A stretch of DNA of 60,671 bases from an uncultured Actinomycetes bacterium (GTDB lineage Bacteria > Actinomycetota > Actinomycetes > Nanopelagicales > Nanopelagicaceae), in NCBI GenBank assembly GCA_903832395.1, contig CAILBF010000149.1, positions 1 through 60,671 of the forward strand, in the 5' to 3' direction. Shown one piece after another: positions 37,939-47,795 of the stretch. The notes under the pieces are model-generated. The model was not told the DNA's origin. It saw nothing but the letters and a program-made list of their open reading frames with translations, and did no database searches. Each line of letters begins with the position of its first letter. Within the stretch, counting starts at the first letter, position 1. The position numbers and the translations under genes are program-made.

Positions 37939-39070
37939 GCCAAAGTCCCTTCGCAATTATCCCGCAAAGAATTTCAATAGTTCCTCCGCGAAGAGTGAAA
38001 GCGGGTGAATGTTTAATTGAATCCGCGAGAAGATCTTCAATCTGGGATGTGCCAAGACCTGGCATAGTCATAGTTGAACGGCGTACCGTATCGACAACTT
38101 CTCCCTCAAAAACTGTACCGAGGTATTTAACAAGGGCCGCCTCAATCGCTGGCTCTGAGCCTTCGATAAGTTGACTAACTACACCCAATGACATTTGACG
38201 CAAAATAATGAGTCGTCCGAGAAGTCGTCCGAGTTCTAATTCATCAACCGGACTCTCTTTTTCAATAGTGCTGGCCCATTGTTCTAGAAGTGGAAAGACA
38301 CTCAGAAGTCTTTCGGGTCCTGATCGCTCGGTTGCAAGTTCAGCAGTGACCTGTCTCCACCCATCGCCCCGAGCGCCTAACAAAGCGCTACCTTCAACAT
38401 AGGCATTATCAAAATAAACTTGATTGAAATGATGCTCGCCATCGATTGTATAAGTCGGTGTGATAGTGATCTGAGGGTGTGGAAGATCTATGAGGAATTG
38501 TGAAAGACCTTGCTGACGTTCGCCTTCATCCGTGCGCACCAAGGCGACCATATTGGTTGCAACATGGGCAATGCTCGTCCAGACTTTTTCGCCGTTGATA
38601 CGCCAACCTGTTCCATCGGGAGTTGCCTTGGTTCGAACAGAAGCCAGATCAGATCCTGAATCAGGCTCGCTCATTCCGATACAGAAGTAACGCTCGCCGC
38701 TAGCAATTCCCGGCAAGTACGTGCGTCGTTGCTCTTCTGTACCGTTTCGCAAAATCGTCGCGCCCATTTGTCTATCTGCAATCCAATGAGCGGCAACGGG
38801 TGCTCCATAGGCAAGGAGCTCTTCGGTTACAACAAATCTCTCAAGCGCACCCTTGCCCTGTCCGCCATACTCGGTTGGAATATTCATTCCCAACCAACCA
38901 CGTTTGGCCAGACGCTTACTAAAATCAATATCAACACTAGATTGCCAGGAATCAGATTGCGGAATGAAATCTCCGGCTTTAATGCAATCCTCTAGAAATG
39001 TGCGGACTTCTAACCTAAGTGCCATCAGCTCCGGAGTATCGATTGAAGCCGGAACAAGCGATGTCTGCAC
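37931..39070 (-). CDS. Acyl-CoA dehydrogenase, catalytic subunit
   Basis: IGMSEPDSGSDLA, G.KVWTS, ERSGPER and TLRGGT.EIL motifs. Start refined to GTG 39070 after AAGGAG. Confidence 0.9.
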   Translation of the reverse strand: MQTSLVPASIDTPELMALRLEVRTFLEDCIKAGDFIPQSDSWQSSVDIDFSKRLAKRGWLGMNIPTEYGGQGKGALERFVVTEELLAYGAPVAAHWIADRQMGATILRNGTEEQRRTYLPGIASGERYFCIGMSEPDSGSDLASVRTKATPDGTGWRINGEKVWTSIAHVATNMVALVRTDEGERQQGLSQFLIDLPHPQITITPTYTIDGEHHFNQVYFDNAYVEGSALLGARGDGWRQVTAELATERSGPERLLSVFPLLEQWASTIEKESPVDELELGRLLGRLIILRQMSLGVVSQLIEGSEPAIEAALVKYLGTVFEGEVVDTVRRSTMTMPGLGTSQIEDLLADSIKHSPAFTLRGGTIEILCGIIAKGLWHA

Positions 39071-39134
39071 AGTCTCTCCTTTTTCAGTCAAGCTAAGTGT
39101 TGAACATGGTTAGGTATAGTCGAGGCTAATCCTT

Positions 39135-40280
39135 TTAAGCGCTAAAGTCGTTCAACTCTTCGGCTCCAGGAATGCTCTTCATCTCGCCGCCGCGAACCCA
39201 ATCGGCCAGAATCTCACCCAGGCCAAGGCCTGGGCCAAGACCACGACCGGCTAGACCTGAACCAACGATGACGTCTGGATCTAGTGGGTGTGGACCGAAT
39301 TGATAAGACGTTGTTGGTCCATGTGGATAGAGACCTGCCCATCCTCCTCGATAACGTAAATCAAGATCCGGAAAATACTCAGTCAATAGACCAAAGACAA
39401 TCTCTGCTCGCTCGTCATCCATCTTTGTTGGCCAGTCATCGGGATCTGCAATTGGTGGGCGCAGGAGATTACTAGAGTGCAAACTTGCAACAATCTGTCG
39501 TGGACCCTCTTGTCGATAAGCAATTCCTTCACCCATTGGTGAGTCCGGAATAAAGTCAACAAGCATCGGTACTGGGTGCTCTAACTTTTCCACTTCAAAA
39601 GTGAACATCTCGTGGCGCTCATTTATCACGGTATAAGGAGTTCCAAATAACTCTCCTACGTGAGAGCCCCATGCTCCTGCAGCTAGTACAACAGTGTCGG
39701 CCTCGAAATTACCTTTTGGGGTGTGCAGAGTAAATTTGTGAGCACCTACGCCTCGCTCGACACGAGTAACTGGTGCCTTCTGAACAATTGTTCCGCCTTG
39801 AGCTCGTACATCTTCGGCAATGGCATTGCATAACTCCGTACCATCAATGTAGGCAGCTGGAGCATCCCACCAAGAACCAATCACATCGGCAGGCGGTTTA
39901 AACAATGGGTTCACTCGTGACGTATCGGCAAGATCTAGCACTTCGGAGACATGCATACCAAGTTCGCGTTGCCTATCGCTGGAGCGCTGAAAAAGATCAA
40001 GATCAGCTTCAGAGTGTGCCAGGCGCATTGCACCGATGCGATTGAGATTGACTCGTCCCTGCTTCTCATAATTACCCAAATGCTCGTAGGCTCGTTGAAT
40101 CAGCCTGAGATCCACGTAGGAGTTATACATCGGCATCGCAAAACCAGCAGAGAGAGATGAGGAGCCTGAGGCGACATAATTACGCTCAAGAACCACAACT
40201 TCGACGCCACCTTGTGCGGTCAACGCTTTTGCAGTGCTCAGTCCTAGGACTCCACCACCAATGATTACGACCTTCTTCAT
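39135..40280 (-). CDS. FAD-dependent oxidoreductase, D-amino-acid/sarcosine oxidase family
   Basis: VVIIGGGVLG, ASGSS..SAG, VVLAAGAW and WAGLY motifs. Start refined to ATG 40280 after AGGGGG. Confidence 0.85.
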   Translation of the reverse strand: MKKVVIIGGGVLGLSTAKALTAQGGVEVVVLERNYVASGSSSLSAGFAMPMYNSYVDLRLIQRAYEHLGNYEKQGRVNLNRIGAMRLAHSEADLDLFQRSSDRQRELGMHVSEVLDLADTSRVNPLFKPPADVIGSWWDAPAAYIDGTELCNAIAEDVRAQGGTIVQKAPVTRVERGVGAHKFTLHTPKGNFEADTVVLAAGAWGSHVGELFGTPYTVINERHEMFTFEVEKLEHPVPMLVDFIPDSPMGEGIAYRQEGPRQIVASLHSSNLLRPPIADPDDWPTKMDDERAEIVFGLLTEYFPDLDLRYRGGWAGLYPHGPTTSYQFGPHPLDPDVIVGSGLAGRGLGPGLGLGEILADWVRGGEMKSIPGAEELNDFSA

Positions 40281-40387
40281 ATATCCCCCTAAGGCCGACA
40301 CTATTTCATGATGAACCCTGCGGGTAAACAGGACAATAAACTAATAATCTGGCACTTTATGGTTGGTTAGACCAAGGGAAAATAACC

Positions 40388-41911
40388 TCAGAACGGAAGC
40401 GGATTACCTAAGTCGATGTAAATTGCCTTCGTTCCTTGGTAAGGACGCAGCGCCTCAACACCCATCTCGCGACCACCACCCGTCATTCCGTATCCACCCC
40501 ATGGCATAACAAGTTCGCCCAATCGGTAGTTATTGACCCAAACTATTCCAGTGTGAAGTCGTCTGGTCATGCGGTGGGCAAGGGCAATGTTTTCAGTCCA
40601 CACGCCTGCGGCCAGACCAAAGCGAGTGTCATTAGCAATTCGCACCGCATCGTCCTCGTCCTTAAATCGAATGACGGCACCCACCGGTCCAAAGATCTCA
40701 TCGCGACTGACTGTTGAATCGTTGGTGACATTAGTGAAGATTGTTGGTTTAACGAAGAAGCCATCACCGAGCCCTGGGCCAGTTGCACGACCTCCGCCGA
40801 CAAGGGTGGTTGCTCCTTCCTTCTGAGCAATCTCTATGTAGCTAAGCACCTTCGCAAGTTGTGCACGTGAGGCAACGGGTGAAATCTGTGTTGCTGGATC
40901 AAGTGGGTCGCCGAGTCGAAGAGCGTTAATGCGTGTTGCAAGAGTGTCAAAGAACTCATCGCTAATCGATTCTTGGATAAGAATTCTTGAACCAGCAGCA
41001 CATGATTGACCGCTTGCACTAAAGATGCCGGTCATGACACCCGAGACCGCACGATCCAAGTCGGCAGAATCAAAGACGATGTTAGGAGACTTTCCACCCA
41101 ACTCCAACGTATAGGTAGCGGCGCGGCCTGCGCAGATTTGTGCGATCTCAAGACCCGTTGCAGTTCCTCCAGTAAAAGTCACGTGATCGACAAGTGGATG
41201 TGCAACTAGCGCCCGACCCACGGTAATTCCCGGTCCATTTACAATGTTGACAACTCCAGCCGGAAAGCCCGCCTCCATTATTTTTTCGCCGAGCCAGAGA
41301 GTCTCGGCTGGAGTGACCTCCGAAGGCTTGACCACCACAGTGTTGCCAGCGGCAAGTGCGGGGAAAAGTTTTTGAGCAAGTGAACCGAGAGGACCGTTCC
41401 ATGGAGTAATCGCAACGACAACGCCTAGTGGTTCGCGCACTGTGTAGGCGACAACATCCGGAATCATCGAGTTGACGGTGTGACCGTAGTCGGCCTCAAT
41501 TAAACCTGCACTGTAGTGAGCAACCATCTGCGTATAGGGAACTTCCCAAGAAGTTTCAGAAAGCACTTTGCCGTTCTGGTGAATTTCTAGGAGTGAAATA
41601 TCTTTGGCATCGCCATCAATGAGGTCGGAAAGTTTTCGCAAAAGTGATGCGCGGTAACTCGCAGAGGTGCTTGACCAACCCTCATCGTATGCCCGACGTG
41701 CCGCGCGTACTGCGCGATCAACATCCTCATGTGTAGCTACAGGAAAGGATCCCCAGGTTTCACCCGTGTATGGGTACTCGCACGACAAAGTCTCTCCGGC
41801 GCCACCCTCAACAAACTGCCCGTCAATAAGCATGCGGTATGTGCGGTCTGGGTTGAGTATTTCTCCCTGCCATGGATTAGAAACATGCTCGGCTTTGATG
41901 GATGCAGTCAT
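40388..41911 (-). CDS. Aldehyde dehydrogenase
   Basis: ITPWN, KPSE, FTGGT, LELGGKSP, GQSC and DEIFGPV motifs. Confidence 0.93.
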   Translation of the reverse strand: MTASIKAEHVSNPWQGEILNPDRTYRMLIDGQFVEGGAGETLSCEYPYTGETWGSFPVATHEDVDRAVRAARRAYDEGWSSTSASYRASLLRKLSDLIDGDAKDISLLEIHQNGKVLSETSWEVPYTQMVAHYSAGLIEADYGHTVNSMIPDVVAYTVREPLGVVVAITPWNGPLGSLAQKLFPALAAGNTVVVKPSEVTPAETLWLGEKIMEAGFPAGVVNIVNGPGITVGRALVAHPLVDHVTFTGGTATGLEIAQICAGRAATYTLELGGKSPNIVFDSADLDRAVSGVMTGIFSASGQSCAAGSRILIQESISDEFFDTLATRINALRLGDPLDPATQISPVASRAQLAKVLSYIEIAQKEGATTLVGGGRATGPGLGDGFFVKPTIFTNVTNDSTVSRDEIFGPVGAVIRFKDEDDAVRIANDTRFGLAAGVWTENIALAHRMTRRLHTGIVWVNNYRLGELVMPWGGYGMTGGGREMGVEALRPYQGTKAIYIDLGNPLPF

Positions 41912-41998
41912 AGGTCGGACTTCCTTTCAATCCTTGTTCCAGCGGTGTGCACTCCGTCGGTTTGAGGGATATTAATGCAAACTTTCTAGTGCACCCCA

Positions 41999-42014
41999 TT
42001 GGCTAAAGGCACAA
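41999..42014. promoter_or_regulatory. Putative PucR box for the ALDH-FAD oxidase operon
   Basis: TTGG-CTAAAGGC-ACAA lies 24 nt from a minus-strand -10 (TAATAT, 41969-41974). Confidence 0.5.
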
Positions 42015-42042
42015 TGTCGCCGTCTAAAAGTGTTCTTGTATC

Positions 42043-43443
42043 TCAGGTGGCTCGTCTGATCTTTGGCATGAGGGCTTGTATTGAACGGCCTCTGATTGCA
42101 CCGAGCCAAAGACCCGTCCCATAAGCCACATCATCTAACCTACGAAGCAACGCAAAGCGAATGGGATCGAGTTTGGTATCTCTGTGTTTATATTCCATCA
42201 CGATGTTAAAAGTGGCGGCAGCGATGACGGCATAACGAATCTGTGCGGAAAATAAACAGCCCAGCAGGGCCAGAGGCCACCAATGTCGCAGCAAGAGTTC
42301 AACTAGTTGCCCGAGGGCAGAGACAACACCGCTGAATGTGAGCCACATACTCAAAGACAATGGATGCTTGCTTCTAGGAAGTCTTCGCGCAATTCGTAGA
42401 GCTGTCATGAGAGAGAGAAGTATCGCTAAAGGTACGGACCACTTTTGCTGCGCCAACAACGCGATGAGAACTCCGGCACTCCAAGGAGCTAAAAGCGCTG
42501 GGGCTACTTTATCACCGTGTCGTTTAGCAAGTGAATCTGCACCAGTGCCGTAGAAAACTTTACGTGAAAACCAATCACCAAATTTAATGCGATGCTCGTG
42601 TTTGACTTCAACACTCGGTTCAAAACGAATTCGCCACCCTTGCTCTGCCAATCTCCAAATCAAATCGACATCTTCTGCAACCCGCATGTGCGGAGTAAAG
42701 CCACTCCCCAATGCAGATACTTTGGCAATAATAAATGCCGAAGGCAGCCAGGAAACCGGGGAATGCGGACGTACTGTTGCAGGGTAGCGACCAAGATCCA
42801 ACGATGAACGAGAATCTTCATATCGACTAATCCAATTATGGTGTCCATCTTCAACGAAGCCTGAAATCCGAGGTGCGACAAGTGCGACTTTAGGATCATT
42901 AAAATGTTTGAGCAATACCGGCACAACCTCTGAACTTAGTCGTACATCAGAGTCGACGAAAACAACATAAGGAGTGTTGACGAACTCGAGTCCAGCATTT
43001 CTTGCCCCGGCGGGACCTACATTCTCGGTTAGCGCAATGAGTTGTCCACCATGGCGTTTTGTTATTTCAGCAATTGGTTGTGGGTTGCGTGAGAAGTCAT
43101 CGACCACAATAATCTTTTGTTCAGCTCCTATGCTCGTAAGAAGACGTTCTAAAGACAACGCACGATCTCGCACCGGAACTACAAAAGTGATCGCAGATTC
43201 TGTCCATTCAGGAAGTTCCGCGACCACAGGATCGGCCATCCCTAACTCCAAAAGTCGATCAGCTAGTTCTGAAGAAATCTGGTCGGTAACTTTTATTGTG
43301 CCGTTGCACAATCTTGATCGGGCGGCCTCAGAGATGTAGAGAACGCGCGTTGGTGCTCCACCTATAAGGGCTAAACCATTGTCTTCAACGCGCATTTTTC
43401 GGTTGAGTTTAACTACAAATCCGAGAGGAAGTTCGCTCGTCAT
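42043..43443 (-). CDS. mftF: Mycofactocin glycosyltransferase MftF
   Basis: GG.PTR, GPAGARN, FVDSD, SSLDLG, EDVDL.WR and DDVAYG.GLW motifs; mft operon position. Confidence 0.93.
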   Translation of the reverse strand: MTSELPLGFVVKLNRKMRVEDNGLALIGGAPTRVLYISEAARSRLCNGTIKVTDQISSELADRLLELGMADPVVAELPEWTESAITFVVPVRDRALSLERLLTSIGAEQKIIVVDDFSRNPQPIAEITKRHGGQLIALTENVGPAGARNAGLEFVNTPYVVFVDSDVRLSSEVVPVLLKHFNDPKVALVAPRISGFVEDGHHNWISRYEDSRSSLDLGRYPATVRPHSPVSWLPSAFIIAKVSALGSGFTPHMRVAEDVDLIWRLAEQGWRIRFEPSVEVKHEHRIKFGDWFSRKVFYGTGADSLAKRHGDKVAPALLAPWSAGVLIALLAQQKWSVPLAILLSLMTALRIARRLPRSKHPLSLSMWLTFSGVVSALGQLVELLLRHWWPLALLGCLFSAQIRYAVIAAATFNIVMEYKHRDTKLDPIRFALLRRLDDVAYGTGLWLGAIRGRSIQALMPKIRRAT

Positions 43444-44186
43444 CGTGAATCAAGCTCTTGGGTGGAACGTTGAAGGCAGCCAGAAGCATTGAGTACACCC
43501 GCAATAATTCTCTCAAAGACATCGGAAACCATTGTTTCGATTAGTTCTTTGCCCGAGGATGATGTTGCCAATGTCGGATCTCCAAGAATTCCTGTCGGTG
43601 ATACGGCACGAATGCCTTTCTCTGTAATTTCCGGCATCAAACTCTGGAGAGTGGCGAGATTGCCACTTTCGATTTGTGAAAGTTGTACTCGCTCTGGAGC
43701 AATGGCAAGCATAAGAGATGTCTCGGTTGCGCCCGCATGGGCATCTCCCCCTGGGGTTGAACAGGGAGCCCACGAGACCTTATGGCCCTCATGAATCATC
43801 TGCGTTACGGCATTGGCAATTGCAAGTTGATTACCGCCGTGACCGTTTATAAAAACAATGTGATTCGCCCATGTCGAAATCGAGCGAACCATCTCAATGA
43901 GCATTTCTTGCAGCGCTTGATGTCCAATTGAAATTGTTCCGGGAAATTCTTGATGCTCTCCACTGGCTCCATACTGAACCGGTGGTGCAACAAAAACAGC
44001 ATTTGATGGGAAGTTCTTTTGATATCGCTCAGCGACACCTTTGGCAACGGTCTCGGCAATAATGGTGTCAGTGTTAAGGGGCAGGTGCGGCCCATGTTGT
44101 TCAATAGAACCCGTTGGCACTAATACCAATGCCATCGGTGGAATAGATTTCCACGATTGATTCTCCAAGATAACGTTCATGCGCAC
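43440..44186 (-). CDS. mftE: Mycofactocin peptidase MftE (creatininase family)
   Basis: GSIEQHGPHLP..TD, YGASGEH, NGHGGN, DAHAG.TETS and GILGDP motifs; alternative start at 44180. Confidence 0.93.
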   Translation of the reverse strand: MRMNVILENQSWKSIPPMALVLVPTGSIEQHGPHLPLNTDTIIAETVAKGVAERYQKNFPSNAVFVAPPVQYGASGEHQEFPGTISIGHQALQEMLIEMVRSISTWANHIVFINGHGGNQLAIANAVTQMIHEGHKVSWAPCSTPGGDAHAGATETSLMLAIAPERVQLSQIESGNLATLQSLMPEITEKGIRAVSPTGILGDPTLATSSSGKELIETMVSDVFERIIAGVLNASGCLQRSTQELDSR

Positions 44187-44227
44187 CTACGAATCTGCCG
44201 CTCGTGAATACAGAGTAGGAATGGAAA

Positions 44228-45403
44228 TCATTCGCCGAGTCTCCGAAAGAATCCTGGTGGGATAACCAAATCTTTTTTGTTGAGGTCGTGAATCGATGTA
44301 TGACCTAATCCCAGTACGGCAGAATCAAGCCCGCTTCGAAGAATATCGATTACATTTTCAACACCCGGTTGTCCGTTTGCAGCTAACCCCCAAAGATATG
44401 CCCGGCCGATCATTACTGCCCGTGCTCCCAATGCAAGAGCCTTAGCTACGTCACTACCGCGACGGATTCCGCCGTCTAATAGAACTTCAATCTGATCTCC
44501 CACCGTTTCTGTAATGGAGGAAAGAACGCGGATTGTTGCCGGCGTTCCATCAAGATTATTGCCGCCATGGTTGGAGACAGAAATCGCCGTTACTCCAACA
44601 TCAACTGCTCGTTTAGCATCATCGATCCGTGAAACTCCTTTCAACATGAAAGGCCCGGCCCATTCCTCGCGCAACCATTGCACGTCTTGCCATGATGGAG
44701 GGGGCGTTTGCATCCATTCGCCATATGCGCCGAAGAAGGTTGGCGCCACTTGACCGGGTTGAGCAAAGTTAGGTGCCTCTAAATTAGGTATGTAACCAGC
44801 CTTTAAAAAGGACATTAACCATCGTGGTCTAGATAATGCCTCTGGGGAGAAACGGACCATCGTCTTTACGTTCATCTTTTCTGGGATGGAAGGACTGCCC
44901 CAATCACGACCATTGGAAAAGGACCAATCAAGGGTAACAATGAGTCCTACCGCCCCAGCCGCGCGAGCACGTTGCATCCTAAGCGCCATGACTTCCTTAG
45001 AACCAGACCAATACATTTGATAGAAAGTTTTAGGATTGGCCGCTGTGACCTCTTCTAACGTCTGGCTTGCAAATGAACTCAAACTCATCACAGTCCCGCG
45101 AGATTTGGCAGCACGAGCGACGGCAACTTCACCACCAGGATGGACTGCCTGCACTCCGGTCGGTGAAATAATCACCGGCAAAGAAATACTTTGACCCATT
45201 ACGGTTGTAGATAAATCACGATGTGCCGACATGCCTGCAACGTGCGGTGCAAATCCTAATTCTGCGAATGCATCTACATTGTCGTTATAGCTGATCCCTT
45301 TTTCGGATCCAGCAAGTAATGCTGCATACACAGATTGTGGAAGTCTTTTTTTTGCCCTTCGTTGCGCCTCTGCCACGGTTTCCATCCAGGGATTCATCGC
45401 CAT
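44228..45403 (-). CDS. mftD: Pre-mycofactocin synthase MftD (FMN-dependent)
   Basis: NPW.ETVAEAQRRAKKRLP, SPTGVQA, DWSFS.GRDWGSP, SNHGGNNLDG and DGGIRRG motifs. Confidence 0.96.
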   Translation of the reverse strand: MAMNPWMETVAEAQRRAKKRLPQSVYAALLAGSEKGISYNDNVDAFAELGFAPHVAGMSAHRDLSTTVMGQSISLPVIISPTGVQAVHPGGEVAVARAAKSRGTVMSLSSFASQTLEEVTAANPKTFYQMYWSGSKEVMALRMQRARAAGAVGLIVTLDWSFSNGRDWGSPSIPEKMNVKTMVRFSPEALSRPRWLMSFLKAGYIPNLEAPNFAQPGQVAPTFFGAYGEWMQTPPPSWQDVQWLREEWAGPFMLKGVSRIDDAKRAVDVGVTAISVSNHGGNNLDGTPATIRVLSSITETVGDQIEVLLDGGIRRGSDVAKALALGARAVMIGRAYLWGLAANGQPGVENVIDILRSGLDSAVLGLGHTSIHDLNKKDLVIPPGFFRRLGE

Positions 45404-45419
45404 TTTCCCCTTTCCCGCG

Positions 45420-46652
45420 CTAATTCGTGACCGATTGAATTAAAAGTGGATTGGTAGAGCACGCGCTAACTGGTTGCGCTGTGATTGGTGGCTTCGTCAA
45501 TGAAATGGATACCGGAGTGCTGCCCAGCCGAGGCGACGTTCGGTGTGAACGATCAACATGAGCCACGGGCAGATCACTCTTATTGATGCTCAGTAACGCT
45601 TGCTCGCCGTAGCCTTGTACGCACTCTGGATCTGGACCATCTAGTGGAAGTCCCGTGAAGAATTTAGCCGCCATGCACCCTCCCCGGCAGGAATCAAAAA
45701 AAGTACAAGAGGTGCACGCGCCACCGGACTGTGGACTTCGCAACTGTGCGAAGAGTTCGGAGTTTCGCCAAATGTCAGTGAAGCCTCCATCACTTCGAAG
45801 ATTGCCTGCAAGGAAATCATCATGAATGGCAAAGGGACAGGCATAGACATCACCGATCGGGTCGATAAGACAGACCACTCTGCCCGCACCGCAAAGGTTT
45901 AGACCAGGTAATGCTTTTCCGAAAGCAGATAAATGGAAAAAGGAATCTCCGGTTAGAACCTTTTCGCCGTGAAGTACCAGCCAGTCATAGAGAACACGTT
46001 GTTGATCGGCAGTCGGGTGTAAATCATCCCAAACATCTCTGCCTCTGCCTGAAGGGCGTAGCCGTGTTAAGCGCAGTTGAGCTCCGTATTGATCTGCAAT
46101 TGCTTTGAACTCGTCAAGTTGATCTATATTCTCACGAGTACACACAACGGAGATTTTAAAATCTTTAAATCCCGCGTTAAAGAGATTGCGAATAGCCCGC
46201 ATGGCAGTCTCATATGATCCTTCTCCACGCACTTTGTTGTTAATTTCAGCCGTGGCGCCATCTAGTGAAATCTGCACATCTACATAGTCAGAGGCAACCA
46301 ATCGCATTGCAACTTCAGGAGTGATCTTGATGCCATTCGTTGAGAATTTAACACCAACATGATGCTCGGAGGCATAGTCCACTAACTCCCAGAAATCCGG
46401 ACGAACAGTAGGTTCGCCACCGCCAATATTGACATAGAAAACCTGCATTCGCTCTAGCTCATCGATTACCGATTTGCACTCAGCAGTTGTCAGCTCTCGC
46501 GGATCACGTCTTCCCGAACTAGAAAGACAATGTAGGCATGAAAGATTGCATGCATACGTTAGCTCCCACGTTAAGCAGATGGGAGCATCGAGTCCAGATT
46601 CGAAAAAATCAACGAGACGATTTGCAGATTTCAGTGGCGCAAGCTTTGTCAT
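45420..46652 (-). CDS. mftC: Mycofactocin radical SAM maturase MftC
   Basis: GLDAPICLTWELTYACNL.C.HCLSSSG; SPASM Cys motifs and CRGGCMAAKFFTG. Confidence 0.97.
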   Translation of the reverse strand: MTKLAPLKSANRLVDFFESGLDAPICLTWELTYACNLSCLHCLSSSGRRDPRELTTAECKSVIDELERMQVFYVNIGGGEPTVRPDFWELVDYASEHHVGVKFSTNGIKITPEVAMRLVASDYVDVQISLDGATAEINNKVRGEGSYETAMRAIRNLFNAGFKDFKISVVCTRENIDQLDEFKAIADQYGAQLRLTRLRPSGRGRDVWDDLHPTADQQRVLYDWLVLHGEKVLTGDSFFHLSAFGKALPGLNLCGAGRVVCLIDPIGDVYACPFAIHDDFLAGNLRSDGGFTDIWRNSELFAQLRSPQSGGACTSCTFFDSCRGGCMAAKFFTGLPLDGPDPECVQGYGEQALLSINKSDLPVAHVDRSHRTSPRLGSTPVSISLTKPPITAQPVSACSTNPLLIQSVTN

Positions 46653-46918
46653 TACGTCCTCTCTATAACAATTGAAGATTGAGCTAAAACATCAAGGGCT
46701 TTCTGAAATCGAAGAATCTCTGCATCAATAACACCAGCTGCTGCAAAGGCGTCGCGCGCAGTAGGCGCGGTAGAAAGTGATTGGACGACATCTAGCAACC
46801 GACGATCTTTTAGGAAGGAGAGTCGTCGAGTGCCGAAATGGTAAAGCAGTGCACCAAAGGGCTCAGGACGAACTGAAACTTGAGGGTGCAATTTCCATGC
46901 ACTGTCGAGATCTAACAT
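46652..46918 (-). CDS. mftB: Mycofactocin RRE chaperone MftB
   Basis: LHPQV..RPEPFGALLYHFGTRRLSFLK motif. Confidence 0.96.
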   Translation of the reverse strand: MLDLDSAWKLHPQVSVRPEPFGALLYHFGTRRLSFLKDRRLLDVVQSLSTAPTARDAFAAAGVIDAEILRFQKALDVLAQSSIVIERT

Positions 46919-46934
46919 TGGTTCATCAAATGGA

Positions 46935-47066
46935 TTAGTAGACGCCGCACATGCCGTCGATAGAAACTTCTTCGACGAGAAAGGCGGCCTCCTCGTTCTC
47001 GGTCTCCTGAATTGCCGATTGCGAGCTGGATGTGTCTTGGTTTAGAGAGTCTTGTTGTGTTGTCAT
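46935..47066 (-). CDS. mftA: Mycofactocin precursor peptide MftA (43 aa)
   Basis: Ends LVEEVSIDGMCGVY; start refined to ATG 47066 after GGAG. Confidence 0.97.
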   Translation of the reverse strand: MTTQQDSLNQDTSSSQSAIQETENEEAAFLVEEVSIDGMCGVY

Positions 47067-47140
47067 TGCGTTCTCCAAAGAATAGTTATAGAAAAGGTGC
47101 GCTCGGTATTGCTTCCTTCTGGTGAAGTGCATGATACTAA

Positions 47141-47155
47141 TGGCACTGAGTGCCA
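47141..47155. promoter_or_regulatory. Putative MftR operator
   Basis: Perfect 7-1-7 palindrome TGGCACT-G-AGTGCCA (GGCA-N5-TGCC core) between the divergent mftA and mftR. Confidence 0.8.
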
Positions 47156-47174
47156 AAAGGAAGAGGGAGCGCGC

Positions 47175-47795
47175 GTGAGAACCCTTGAGGAGAGAACTAG
47201 CCAGAGTGAGCGATTAGGCCGCCACCCTTCAATATCGCGGGCAGAACTGAGTCATATTGGGCTTAAACTTTTTATTGAGTTTGGTTTCGATGAGACAACT
47301 GTGGAGGATATTGCCGCAGCTGCCGGCATTGGACGGCGAACCTTCTTTCGTTACTTCCCCTCTAAGAATGATTTGCCGTGGGGAGATTTTGAAGATCTCC
47401 TTGAGCAGATGCGCGTACTACTTGCAAGCTTGCCTGAAGATCTACCAATCATTGAGGCCATCAGAATTGCCGTCGTGGATTTCAATCGAGTGCCGCCTGA
47501 GGAGATTCCATTCCACCGTCAAAGAATGGAGCTTCTCCTCACCGTTCCTTCGTTAATGGCACACTCCGCACTTCGTTACATCGCTTGGCGGCAAGTTGTT
47601 GCCGAATATGTTGCCTATCGTCTTGATACGCCAGTAGAGAGTCTGGAACCTCAGACTATTGCTTGGACATTTCTAGGTTTATCACTTTCAGCCTACGAAC
47701 AATGGCTTAAGAATGTTGATTCAAATCTTTTAGAGTTAATGGACTCGGCCTTTAACATGCTCAATAACGCATTCACTCATGAAACTTTGTTGTGA
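47175..47795 (+). CDS. mftR: Mycofactocin system TetR regulator MftR
   Basis: GFDETTVEDIA.AAGIGRRTFFRYF.SK.DL.WG and HR.RM.LL motifs. Start refined to GTG 47175 after GAGGGAG. Confidence 0.92.
   Translation: MRTLEERTSQSERLGRHPSISRAELSHIGLKLFIEFGFDETTVEDIAAAAGIGRRTFFRYFPSKNDLPWGDFEDLLEQMRVLLASLPEDLPIIEAIRIAVVDFNRVPPEEIPFHRQRMELLLTVPSLMAHSALRYIAWRQVVAEYVAYRLDTPVESLEPQTIAWTFLGLSLSAYEQWLKNVDSNLLELMDSAFNMLNNAFTHETLL

Noticed and set aside
40321-40374. Possible boxes between the ALDH and the FAD oxidase
   Set aside because: Degenerate, 38-bp spacing and no correctly placed -10; probably co-transcribed from the upstream promoter
47052-47174. N-terminal extensions of MftR (from 47052) and MftA (from 47156)
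   Set aside because: They overlap each other and the operator; RBS-supported starts are at 47175 and 47066
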